Origin: Octopus bimaculoides | Lineage: Eukaryota | Reading direction: 5' to 3' | Length of the DNA stretch: 42,406 nucleotides | NCBI RefSeq assembly: GCF_001194135.2 | Contig: NC_068983.1 | Span: forward strand, 83,956,362-83,998,767 | Part shown: positions 23,541 through 34,480 of the stretch, one piece after another | Position numbering within the stretch: the first letter of the stretch is position 1 | How the letters are laid out: each line of letters opens with the position of its first letter | Notes under the pieces: model-generated | Seen by the model: the letters and a program-made list of their open reading frames with translations, nothing else | Databases searched by the model: none | What the model was told of the DNA's origin: nothing | Made by a program: the position numbers and the translations under genes

Positions 23541-24189
23541 AATGTGAAGTGAAAGTGGTAGTGCAGCTTACCTTTTATTTAGTGATTATTACCTGCTGAG
23601 ACTTGTTACTCCGGAAGCATATGAAAAGCTATCTTTAAAGCGCCGATGGATGCTACGAATTACTACTTCCGGTTCAGATACTTTTTAATAAACCTTCGTT
23701 GAAGGCTGACAGTCAGCCACTTGCGATAAATAAGAGTGTACACTCTTTGTGCTTTGTATACTGAAGTTGAACGCTTTAGCCAGATAAAACGAATGATTCT
23801 CGGCTCTCGTTACGACATTATCAAAGATTAATACGTTTAACTTAAAGATCAAAACGTAGGAGCTGTTGCTAAAGTGAATCATTTAACCACTTATATCCTT
23901 ACATCGTTATGTAATCATTTTTATAACAAATGTATTATGTCATATGAAAATGATTGCAAACCGCTTTAGCCTGGCGTTTACACTGTTTTAATACTCCTGG
24001 TATTAGAATGTCAGCTACAGGTATATATGTATTTTAGGTTTCCGTAAATGCTTTTAGATAAACGTCTTTTATAATAGAATTTGCTGGAATGTTTTTGTTG
24101 ATTTAAATAATAGAATTTGCAGGAATCTAAGTACATCATATGTCACTTAAAATCTGCGGCGTATCATGCATATCATGCATATCATCACT

Positions 24190-24320
24190 GTCATATGACG
24201 TGTCATTTACTAGAAATAGCAGGCAAAAATCCATCAAATTACACCCTACTGTCTTTTAAAAAGAGAGAGAACGAACATATTGGTAAGTCTTAGAATACGT
24301 AAACAGGAGATATGTAAATA
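24190..24320 (+). mobile_element. Repeat family 4, central fragment
   Basis: actagaaatagcaggcaaaaatccatcaaattacaccctactgtcttttaaaaag; a similar tagaaatagcagccaaa occurs at ~38533. Confidence 0.4.
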
Positions 24321-24864
24321 GTTCGACAGTAGGATAAATGATATGCTGTGATGAAAAAGAGAAGTGTGCAGTTGTAGAACATCACTCGTTTCGACGAATT
24401 CTATACTGCTTTTCCAGACAAAAATATAGGATGATCATGAATTTTATGAACCTAAGCCTGCTCAATCAAGGTTCACCTAGAACTAAACAACAGCAACAAA
24501 AACAAGATGAATTTGGCTATTGAAAGAAAGTAATTTTGCCACAGACACATTACAACACTGGTGATAGAATACGAATAACCAAATCCTTGCTTGTTTATTC
24601 ATATAAAATCTGTGCTATAAACACGTTATACATTCTCTAAAATTAAGTATTTTGTGTTCTTAATTAAAGCCTACTGATAAACTTAACTTTTTATAAAAGG
24701 TTTCACAACTATATTGATGCTTAACATGAGCTCAGGACCCGAAATTTGGGTAATGGGTACAGGTGTTCATATCAACGCCATGTGTTGGTTGGAACTATTT
24801 TATCGACCACACATGGAGGAAAGCAAAGCAAAGTCAAATTTGACGAGACTTGAAAATGTAAATA

Positions 24865-25797
24865 CGTGATGCATATCCGACGTTTGAACATAAAAAATAA
24901 ACAATTTTGTACAGTTCACAATTTTTATTTAATCGCCTTCAAAATACTCTCTTTAGGAGTTCATACACTCTCCCAACAGTTTTCTCATTGCTGGTAACAT
25001 CTCTGGAACGCTCTCTCTGGAATGCTTTAGAACTCCGCTATCGCTTTTCTCATAATTTCCTCTTGCAACTTTAATCGCATCCCTTTCAGCGTGGTTTTCA
25101 ATTTGGGGAAGAGCCGGAAGTCACACGGTGCCAAGCTGGGAGAGTAGGGAGCCTGTCGAACAAGTGGTGTGTTGTTCTTGACCAGGGAATTTGTATTACA
25201 GGATGCCTTAAAAATGTATCTGACTTCATCTTTTTTTTTTCCGCCGACACTCTCCGCACGCACAAATCATACGTTAAAATGGAATGCACTGATTTTGTGC
25301 TTATTCTCACTTCATGACTACTTTTTACGGATTGTTACATGACGGTCTTCTATGACTATTCGCCGAATCTTCTCAATCCCCTCCTTGTTTCGGCTTGTGG
25401 ATGACCTGCCTGGGGGTACTTCGCTCTCCACTGAGGTGCAGCCATGTTTGAAGCGCTTTTATCACTCTTCGATCTGTGTTTTGCCCATGGCGTTATCGTC
25501 AAAGACCTACTGAATCTTCTGGATAGTTTGAGCTTGAGTATCACCAAGCTTTTGGCCAAACTTGATGCAATATCTCTGTTCGATGCGTTCTGTAATCTTG
25601 CGGGAAAACGAAAATCCGACTAGCGCGCAATACACGTTTGTACTCAAGGCCTAACAGCCGGGAACTGACAGGCCTACCGGCGTGAAAATTTTTAGACACA
25701 GTAAAGGTAGCATCACCTTCCACCCAAAAGATTTTGCCAACGCAACATAAGTTTTGGCGGAAAAAATAAAGTCGGTTACTTTTTTGAAAGCACCTCG
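24865..25797 (-). mobile_element. Internally deleted mariner element (933 bp) with both ends and TA duplication
   Basis: The minus-strand N-terminus is QRYCIKFGQKLGDTQAQTIQKIQ*VF...KRFKHGCTSVESEVPPGRSSTSRN...HSILTYDLCVRRVSA, joined to LVRQAPYSPSLAPCDFRLFPKLKTTLKG...FQRCYQQ. The ends are TA|CGAGGTGCTTTCAAAAAAGTAACCGAC (25797) and the degenerate TA|CGTGATGCA--------TATCCGAC (24865). Confidence 0.9.
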
Positions 25798-28282
25798 TAT
25801 GGCTGGGTGAGTTGTTCAGAGCGCTATCACTTGTGTCAATCTGCATCGAATTACATTTTTAAAAGAATGAGTTTTGTGCTTAAAGCAAAATTAAAACTTT
25901 TCTATCGTTAACAGCGGATCCTGGTAAAACAAAATAATTTCTAACATTGGCGTTATTCCAGAAGCAATCGATGTGATACTCACGGTTGGAATGTCTTTTA
26001 ATTATACGTCTACTTGATCTGGTCTGACCTGGAGCTACACGACAAAAGCAACAACTACACAACTTTGTCTTTTGCACTAACTCCCACATCATCCTTTATT
26101 TATCTTTTATTTCTATGTGCGTGTGTGTGTTTTCATCTATTTTTACGTGTCAAATGGTAAATGGGTAATGGTTCTGTTTTGTTTTGTTTTTTCATTGCAA
26201 TAGCTTTTCGACCGGTTGGTTAACCTAATCCATCACCTCGTTTAACACCACAACTTAACACATTGGTAATCTATTTTTAGTGAAGTCCACTTCGTTGTAA
26301 CTACTTAGACCTGGACTCCAGCCAGCAGATAACTCGATACCTTCGTACAATACAATTTACTTCAGCAACTCTTGAGTTTTAGATTTTTCCTTCTTTCCGT
26401 ACGCCATTCATGGAAGTTCTGCTAAAATTCATAGAGGCCGCTCCTCTAAGCAATAAAAAGAATTTAACTATGACTTAAAAGTATAACTTGCTTGTCAGTC
26501 AAACAGACTGAGGAGAGCAGTGGAATATCTTTAAAAATGAATGAAAACAAAAAGAAAACGTGATGAAAAACAAAATTTCTAAGAATCATTTAACCCCTTG
26601 TTTTAAAATTACATAAGTCAATAGAAATCAAATCTGATTACTAATTATGATTTGCATTTTTGTTTATTGTGTTTATTTCTTAAATTTTATATATTCTTTT
26701 TCTCTTAATTTATTTTTCTCCATAATTAACTAAAATTTGCCAGAAGAATTAGAAGAAATACACAAAAAAGAATCATTCACTTTTGAGTTATATTAATCTT
26801 TGAATTACTTTAGTCTTTTAACTTTGTAAGGAGAACGACATTAACAACTGACAATATCATATCTTAATCTCTTTAAAATGTTTGTTCGATGGCATGTCTT
26901 CAGCTCAGCGCCAATAACTGCTACACCATTAAGGCTGTATAATATAAGCTGCAGCTCTTTACTTTCACAGTGATCTCATATACATACATACATACATACA
27001 TACATACATACACACACGCACACACACACACACACGTACATACATACATGCATACATACACACATACATACATACATGCATACATGCACACATACATACA
27101 TACATACATACATACATACATACATACATACACGCGTATGTCTGTACGTATGTATGAATGTGTTTGTATATCTGTGTATATACATGTATATATATATATA
27201 TATTATATATATAGGCATGTGTGTGTGTGTAGTGTATTTTTGTTTGTATGTGTGCGTACGCGTGTGCGTGAGAGAGAGAGAAGTATAAATGATAAAAAGA
27301 AGAAAATGTTGAAGAAGTTACCTAAGACGAAGAAGAAGAGGAGGAAGAGGAAGACGACGACGACGACGAAGGAGAAGACTTAATGAAATATTAATTCCAT
27401 TATATTCAAAAATGATGATATTCTCACCAATTTTATTAAGTCTCAACTGTTTAGTTACACAAATTTAATTTACTGATTAATTTTTTCAGTTTTTTTTTCC
27501 TTGATTAGTTTTTTTATTTGCTGTTCCTTCCTTTTTTTTCTATATTTTTTCTATTTCCATAATTGTTTTATTTTTTTTATCGTATTGAGTTTTTCTTTCC
27601 TTTTCTTTTCAATACTATTTTCTTCATTTTGTACAAATTTTAAATCATTGTTGTGCGTTTTTTATTAAAATTTTCTTTCTGGATTTGTGTAATTTTCTTG
27701 TTTATTGTTTCAGTTATTTTTCTCACAAATCATTTGTTTTGTTGTTGTTGTTGTTGTTAATGATTTTTGTTATTTTTTTAATTTGTTAGTTATTTATCAG
27801 TTTGAGGGCAATTGTTCATTAAATCTTGGCTTAAGTGATTACTTTATTAAAGAACCATATAGACGGTAAACTGGAACGAAAGTGAAGAGAGAAAGTGCTG
27901 TAAGAGCACTGCTAATGGTAATTTCGACGACAACGATGTGGATGATGATGATGATGATGATGATGAACAAAGAAGTTGTTTTGCATGGTAATCCCTTTGG
28001 TAGTACTTATTCTGTACATATACTCTCACATATTTATTAAACCCGCTTACTCACATAGCAAACGTAGATGAATCATCCACCAATTTAGACGATGAGTATT
28101 TCGGTCGGTCGTTAAACTGAATTATCACCTTATTGAATTATAGTTTAAGTAACAGAGTATATCACACACTCTGGTACTCATTACATAATATCCTGGTAGA
28201 CTCGGCGTGGCAATGTGCATGAGAAGGATACACGAGCATATGCATGAGTGTCTGTATATACATATATATTATATATATATAT

Positions 28283-28478
28283 GGCAGACGCCATGATAGA
28301 TCGCTGACCAAACCATTCAATTTTTTTTCTCCGTGTTTTTCTCCGTATTCTTTCTGTTGAAGAGCGTAGCTCGAAACGTTAAAGACTTTCTATATTCCCG
28401 AGCATTAAACTAATACATCCTTTTGTTGTTTACACCACCTGTCCTCGTCTGTTGTTGTTTTTTTTCGTAAATTCTCCC
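28283..28478 (+). mobile_element. ~196-bp Penelope solo-pLTR/retrozyme-like element embedded in (TA)n
   Basis: It is bounded on both sides by TA-rich microsatellite (28255-28282 and 28479-28512), contains the hammerhead-like fold at 28349-28385 and has no ORF. Confidence 0.55.
28349..28385 (+). ncRNA. Minimal type-I hammerhead-like motif with an A6->U core variant
   Basis: UCUUU-CUGUUGA-A-GAGC(gua)GCUC-GAAA-CG-U-U-AAAGA gives a perfect 5-bp stem I, a perfect 4-bp stem II and a palindromic AACGUU stem III. The core is CUGUUGA instead of CUGANGA. Confidence 0.55.
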
Positions 28479-28760
28479 ATATATTATATATATATATATA
28501 CATATATACATATTATTAATTTGGGTCTTTTTTTTTTTTGTTAATTTTTGCTTTCTTACAAGAAAGGTAAATATTTCGAAGATANNNNNNNNNNNNNNNN
28601 NNNNNNNNNNNNNNNNNNNNNNNNNNNNNNNNNNNNNNNNNNNNNNNNNNNNNNNNNNNNNNNNNNNNNNNNNNNNNNNNNNNNNNNNNNNNNNNNNNNN
28701 NNNNNNNNNNNNNNNNNNNNNNNNNNNNNNNNNNNNNNNNNNNNNNNNNNNNNNNNNNNN

Positions 28761-29000
28761 AATGATAATCTGGATAAACTGAGATTTTCAGAAAAAGAAA
28801 TCGACCAGCTAATTCGCACATTACAAATATAATCTGTAAGCGGAAGACTAAAAATATGCGAGACTTTTCTCAGATTCAAAACGTAAATCTGTTTTCGTTA
28901 TCAACATTCTAGCACTGGATCTTTGTATCTTTGTTAGAAACCAACTCCTTCCTTGCAGAAGAAGTCCAAATAATTAAAAATAGAAGACAGCACATACGCA

Positions 29001-29032
<32 letters not shown>

Positions 29033-29065
29033 TACATACATACATACATACATACATACATACAT
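28761..29065 (+). mobile_element. 3' end of an R4-like family-B retrotransposon
   Basis: NDNLDKLRFSEKEIDQLIRTLQI*SVSGRLKICETFLRFKT* parallels NTNLEKLGFSKPERRKLIRRLQIQSIN...CKTSQKFII* of 9965-11286. The shared UTR motif GTTAGAAACC is at 28933-28942, and the element ends in (CA)n(CATA)n. Confidence 0.8.
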
Positions 29066-29797
29066 AAATATATGTGTTTGTTTGTGTGGAAGGGTCTCCG
29101 TCAGTTTCGCGATGAAAATGCATTAGTTTGATGAATTGAATTATCTGCACATTGAGTTTGTGTGTAAATGGCTTAGTATTCCACATAACATGGTCCCTTA
29201 GCGTAATTCTCAGGCATAATAAATATAATACAGTACGGGATACGGTTATATCTTTGAATTACAGATACACTTCATCTGAAGGGTTTCATTATAGTTTTCA
29301 TCTGCCGAATTTCTCTCGCAAAGGTGGGTCATCCAGAAACATCCTCCGAATTTCAAGCTTTGTGCCTATAGTAAAAAGATTTATTATTATTATTTACGAA
29401 TTATCTAATAATAATTCTGCTTGTCACTGCGTTACTTAGCCCGTCGGTAACGCTTTGATGTGATTGATTAAAGAAAAAGAGGAAGAGAGAAGCGTCCATG
29501 ACGTGAGGTAGGGGGAATGTAATTGTAACGCCTTCATGTGATTAGTTGAAGAGAAAGAGAGGAGAAAGAAAAAGGAAAGAGAAAAGATGATAAGGCGGAG
29601 AGAGAGACAGAAAGAGTGAGAACGGAAAAGAAGGAAAAAGAAAAAGAGGGAGAAAGAAGCGTCCATGACTTAAGGTAGGGGGAACATAATATTTATTACG
29701 TGGTTAAAAAAGTTAGTTGAGGGTACTGATATAGAAAGAGCTAGAGATATAATTTTAGCATAGGGGTGATTTTCTGATGATGAGGTTAAAGAAAGGT

Positions 29798-29989
29798 AGA
29801 GAGAGAGAGAATGGAGAGAGCGAGAGAGAGAGAATGGAGAGAGCGAGAGAGAGAGAATGGAGAGAGCGAGAGAGAGAGAATGGAGAGAGCGAGAGAGAGA
29901 GAATGGAGAGAGCGAGAGAGAGAGAATGGAGAGAGCGAGAGAGAGAGAATGGAGAGAGCGAGAGAGAGAGAATGGAGAGAGCGAGAGAG
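29798..29989. repeat. 23-bp minisatellite AATGGAGAGAGCGAGAGAGAGAG, ~8 copies
   Basis: AATGG recurs at 29810, 29833, 29856, 29879, 29902, 29925, 29948 and 29971. Confidence 0.95.
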
Positions 29990-30159
29990 GAGGGAGAGAA
30001 GGAGAGAGGGGAAGACAGAAGAGGGAGAGAGGAGGGAGAGATCGGGAGTGAGAGGTGGTGGTGGTGGTTCTGCTGCTGCTGCTGGTGGTGGAGGTGGCGG
30101 TGGTGATTGAGTAGTGAAAAGTGCATTTTTTTTTTATTGAGCTAAGTTTTTTTTTATAT

Positions 30160-30567
30160 TAGCTATCACTTAATGCATGCGCATAAGTGCAATTCCGTGA
30201 AACATTCACGCTTATTTGCGTGGCAGATATATGCAGTTTAACTAAAGGTTGTATCCTATGTATGGAATTTGTTCTTTTTTATTTCGTTTTTGGGGAAAAT
30301 GGTAAAATAAAAGTGAATATTTATTTTATAAATGCTGTGTATTAAGTCTATAAAATTGTGCATAAAGTATATAGAATGTATATATGAAGTACATTAAGTA
30401 ATCATCGTATTCCAATTTCTTTCACTTTTCTATGAGTAGCAGATATGTGACTACCTTTCCATACAGACACAACACAAGCTACGCTTTCAAGTTTTTTGGA
30501 TAAAGTTTTCAGAAATAATCCAATAGGCTTACCATTAATTCCGTGAAATATTCACGAGTCCCGCTAG
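30160..30567 (+). mobile_element. Possible non-autonomous Helitron-like element
   Basis: The 3' hairpin CGTGAA-ata-TTCACG (30542-30556) is followed 7 nt later by CTAG (30564-67). A second copy of the hairpin lies at 30191-30210, next to another hairpin (30167-30189). The base after CTAG is A rather than the canonical T. Confidence 0.35.
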
Positions 30568-30591
30568 ATTTAAAATATTTTTTTTATATAA

Positions 30592-31119
30592 GCGCAGGCA
30601 TGGCTGTGCGGGAAGAAGCTTGCTTCTCAACCACATGGTTCTGGGTTCAATTCCACTGCGTGGCACCTTGGGCAAGAGTCTTCTACTATAGCTTCGGGCC
30701 GACCAAAGCCTTGTGAGTGGATTTGGTAGACGGAAACTGAAAGAAGCCTGTCATATATATGTGTATGTGTCTTTGTGTGTGTTTGTCCCCCATCACCGTT
30801 TAACAACCAGTGTTGGTGTGTTTACGTGTTCATAACTTAGCAATACAGACCGATAGAATAAGTACGGCTGGGTGGAATTGCGCGAAAAATTACACAGATC
30901 CGATGGTGTTGCTGGGCTTTGTATTTTTTCATAGCTCCCATTGTTACCGAGATAATCTACTATAACAATACTCTTGTGTTTATGAATAAGAAAGGAAGGG
31001 GTGATAGAGGAATAAGGAAGGAAAGGGTGATGTCCTGGGGTCGATTTCTTCGACTAAAACCCCTCAAGGCGGTGCTCCAGCATGGCCGCAGTCAAATGAC
31101 TGAAACAAGTAAAAGAATA
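30592..31119 (+). mobile_element. SINE family 1, full length, carrying a ~165-bp foreign insertion
   Basis: It has an A-box-like tggctgtgcgg (30601), a B box ggttcaattcc (30644), the family-1 body and the tail gaaacaagtaaaaga. It is interrupted at 30866-31031. Confidence 0.92.
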
Positions 31120-31193
31120 TTATCAAAAGTAAGATATTAAATGTTCAGTAACCACTGCTATAATTTTAATACTTCAATATTGATGACTTATGA

Positions 31194-31408
31194 AAGGCGG
31201 TGAGCTGGCAGAAACGTTAGCACGCCGGGCGATATGCTTAGCAGTATTTCGTCTGTTTTGAACGTTCTGGGTTCAAATTCCGCCGAGGTCGACTTTGCTT
31301 TCATCCTTTCGGGATCGATAAATTAAGTACCAGTTGCATACTGGGTCGATCTAATCGACTGGCTCCTCCTCAAAAATTTCAGGTCTTGTGCCTATAGTAG
31401 AAAAGAAT
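31194..31408 (+). mobile_element. SINE family 2, full length
   Basis: Nearly identical to 11632-11850. Confidence 0.92.
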
Positions 31409-31409
31409 C

Positions 31410-31592
31410 TTTAGCACGCCGGGCATTTCGTCCATCTGTACTTCCTGAGTTCAAATTCCGTCGTGGTCGACTTTGCCTTTCATCCTTTCGAAGTCGATAA
31501 AATAAGTACCAGTTGAGCGCTGAGACCGATATAATCCACTTACCCAGGAATTGCTGGTTTTGTGCCAAAATTTGAAACCAATATTTATGGCT
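31410..31592 (+). mobile_element. 5'-truncated family-2-related SINE with a different tail, directly in tandem
   Basis: ttagcacgccgggc...gagttcaaattcc...ggtcgactttgcctttcatcctttcg...aagtaccagttg...gtgccaaaatttgaaacc. Confidence 0.75.
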
Positions 31593-31808
31593 TATCTATG
31601 TGACTCGTTTATAATTAGATTCTTTGTTCCTTCTTTCATTTGATACTCATCTATTGTTTTATTAGTTTCCGTAGTCTGGGTTAGTCTCTGATATAATTAT
31701 TACTTGATTCGATTTCCAAAGACACATCTCTGAAATAAAATCACTGAAAATATTGAGAGAATAGTCTCAGCGCCTTGATATCTTATATACCCTTCTTTTT
31801 TATTTCTT

Positions 31809-31906
<98 letters not shown>

Positions 31907-33425
31907 TATCTATTTATCTATATATTTGTCTGTCTGTCTGGCTGTCTATCTATCTATCTATCTAACTATCTGTCTGTCTGTCTGTCTGTCTCCTATCCTC
32001 TTTCCCTTCTGTCTATGTTGCTTTTAACATGTTTCTATTTGAAGTATTCTGCCCTACAAGTGGCTTATTAAATATACAGTTGCTTGCATTAACTAGGTCA
32101 TATATAGAATAACAAAATCGTGCAAGGGTGCGTGTGCATATGTATAAGAACAAAAGTGCAAAAGGTGAAAAGAAAGCGAACGGATAAATGAAAGCAACTA
32201 AAGTGTTTATCAGCAATGTAATTTAAACGTTTCTTCCTTTTTCCCTTTTCAACAGAAACTGAAAATAGATTTTTATTTTGGTAAAACTCAGACAGCATTT
32301 ATTGTCTATAAAAATCGTATTGAATTAGTCAATTTGTCATTGTTTGAATCATGTTTATCATGTATTCCATATCTTTCAAGAGATGCTGCTATTAAAAGAG
32401 TGTTGGAAAATACACGGGGAGAATTTCATTGTAATTTTCGGGGTTAATAGAGGCTAGGATTTATTCAAGATGGAAGGCACTAAGTACTGATATTTAGGTT
32501 TGCTTGATAAAGATAATATAATGATACTTTCCTATTAATGAGGTTAAACTAACAATGGAGTCGGCATGAGCTGCTGCAGTCACACACAAAAGCCATATAA
32601 TGGACGAAATAATTCTGATTTCAACGGTTGTTGAAATACGTAGATATAATTAGAAGAAAGCATCCTGAAGAAGGAAACTCAATAGCATTTCAGATATTCC
32701 CAAACAAATTCTAGAAAGCCTCTGGTGAAAATTCAGAGTAAAATGTAAGGCTTTGTTTTTCCGTTTTTGCAAACAATCAATGTAAGATGACTGACGGTTG
32801 TAATGGCAATGTGTAATTGCAAAGCTGTAGGAGTGTGTGAAGAATTATATAATATTATCAGCTTATGGCAAAATGTGTTGGCTGTCAACTGTAAATATGT
32901 TTAACACGAGACAGCAGTTGACTGAATCATAGCTATCATCTACATGGTGAGGTGGAAGTGTAAGCAAAACCTTTCATTAGAAAGAGGGAAGCTCAAAGAT
33001 AAGTTAGAAAAGGAAGTAGTAAATGGGATTGGAAAATGCCAAAAAGGAAAGTATCCATTAAATTGAAAGAAGGTGAATGAGAAAAGCTTTTATTGAAGTT
33101 GCTATTAACACCAAATTGTGTGAAGAAACAGTGACAATAAAATAAAGGAGAGAGACCTTGGAGTAGCTACAACATCTTGATCTAATTTTTAAAGATGTCC
33201 CCCAGCAACTACAACAGTATTCAACTTAATTAGTCAAGTCTTACGTCATGATGAAATAAGTCCTTTCAAGTTAGGTGGGAAAAAGAGAGGACATGACAAT
33301 TTATATTCAGATGCAACAGCAACACTGATGGGAAATCTACTTTGTTTAGTTTTCGTTTTCTTGCAAATGGAAAACGAGTAGTAAACTTTGGATAAATAAG
33401 AATGCGTATATAGTTTGTTTCTTAG

Positions 33426-33609
33426 ATGTCTCAATCAATAAGATTGTAGCACCTACTACGGAGCTATGTTTACGTATGGTACTATATGAAGATGTCACGT
33501 TATTGGAGTGGATGTTAATTACTACAGAACAAATGCCTGTAAACTATTACCGGGATGTTCATCAAACCAGAATGATTGAACCTTGTACTCAAAACTTAAC
33601 ATTCTCGAC
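33426..33609 (+). CDS. Candidate internal coding exon
   Basis: The acceptor is tagtttgtttcttag| and the donor is |gtaagt at 33610. One frame is open over 184 nt: xVSINKIVAPTTELCLRMVLYEDVTLLEWMLITTEQMPVNYYRDVHQTRMIEPCTQNLTFSx. Confidence 0.38.
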
Positions 33610-34242
33610 GTAAGTAAAAAAAAAAAGAAGCAATTTCTAGATTTTACAATTTATGCAAAGGATGAAATCAGTACATTGGCCATATGTACGGTAGTAAATC
33701 GTAAGGCTTATATCGATAACTGATAGTAGTATCATATTATCCTTGTATTTCTTCAAGGTACCTTAGGATAAATTTTTACCAGTTATTTTTCTATAATACT
33801 GATAAACATAGTTGTATTTATAAATCAGATCTTGAATATATTCCTTATACATCTAATTTAGCTTTACGTCTTAAACTTTCTGGAAAAAACGTTTTTTCTT
33901 ACTAGTCAACACTTCAATGTAGCATTGCCCATTCGGGACATATGTTGAATTTTGATATGTTCTGGCACGTCATTACTGCTGGGAGATTTATTTTGCCTCT
34001 TATTAGTTATAGAGCTATAATTGATAACATTTGTAAAGAATGGGCACAAATTAAAAACATGCAACAGACAGGACAAATGATAAAACAAAAATATAGCCTT
34101 CATCAGCTATCTCACCAATGAGTCTATCAGTTTCAGCGCCTTGAGATATAACTACTTCCTTAGTGACGTCACCAGCAATAGGGTACAGTTATTAGGAAAT
34201 TAATATAGTAAAGACGTGACACAAAAACACGCTAGTTCAATT

Positions 34243-34480
34243 TGAGTTCAATTCTCAAACTGGACGCCCGTTGTGCCGTTCTGTAAGGCAATTCATTTAA
34301 TCTTACTTCATTCTCCTTTCATCAGCTGAAAATAAGTACCAATGACATGGTGGGATGTAACCTGGTGACAGAATGGTGTACAGGGGGGAAATATTGTGTT
34401 CTCAGTCGCTTAAACACCACGAAAACTGAGACAAGCACTGACCTAGTAGGTATGTAGGCTCAAGAGAGACTTCGACTTTT
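34243..34480 (+). mobile_element. Old SINE (central domain resembling MetaSINE-type elements) followed by (GGAA)n
   Basis: It has a B-box-like gagttcaattc, then gtaacctggtgacagaatggtgtacagggggg...ctcagtcgctt...gaaaactgagacaagc...aggctcaagagagactt. The resemblance is recalled, not aligned. (GGAA)n lies at 34482-34542. Confidence 0.4.

Noticed and set aside
29798-29989. Regular repeat resembling a CRISPR array
   Set aside because: There are no unique spacers and no cas genes, and the context is eukaryotic.
29755-30126. ERE/RW-repeat ORFs
   Set aside because: They are products of the 23-bp GA minisatellite and adjacent GGT/GCT runs.
30592-30660. tRNA-like heads (A/B boxes) here and in other SINEs
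   Set aside because: There is no complete cloverleaf and they are attached to repeat bodies, so they are SINE heads, not tRNA genes.
32400-33250. Possible very old R4-like remnant on plus (KY*YLGLLDKDNI at ~32482-32520)
   Set aside because: Only one convincing motif; the rest cannot be aligned with confidence by eye.
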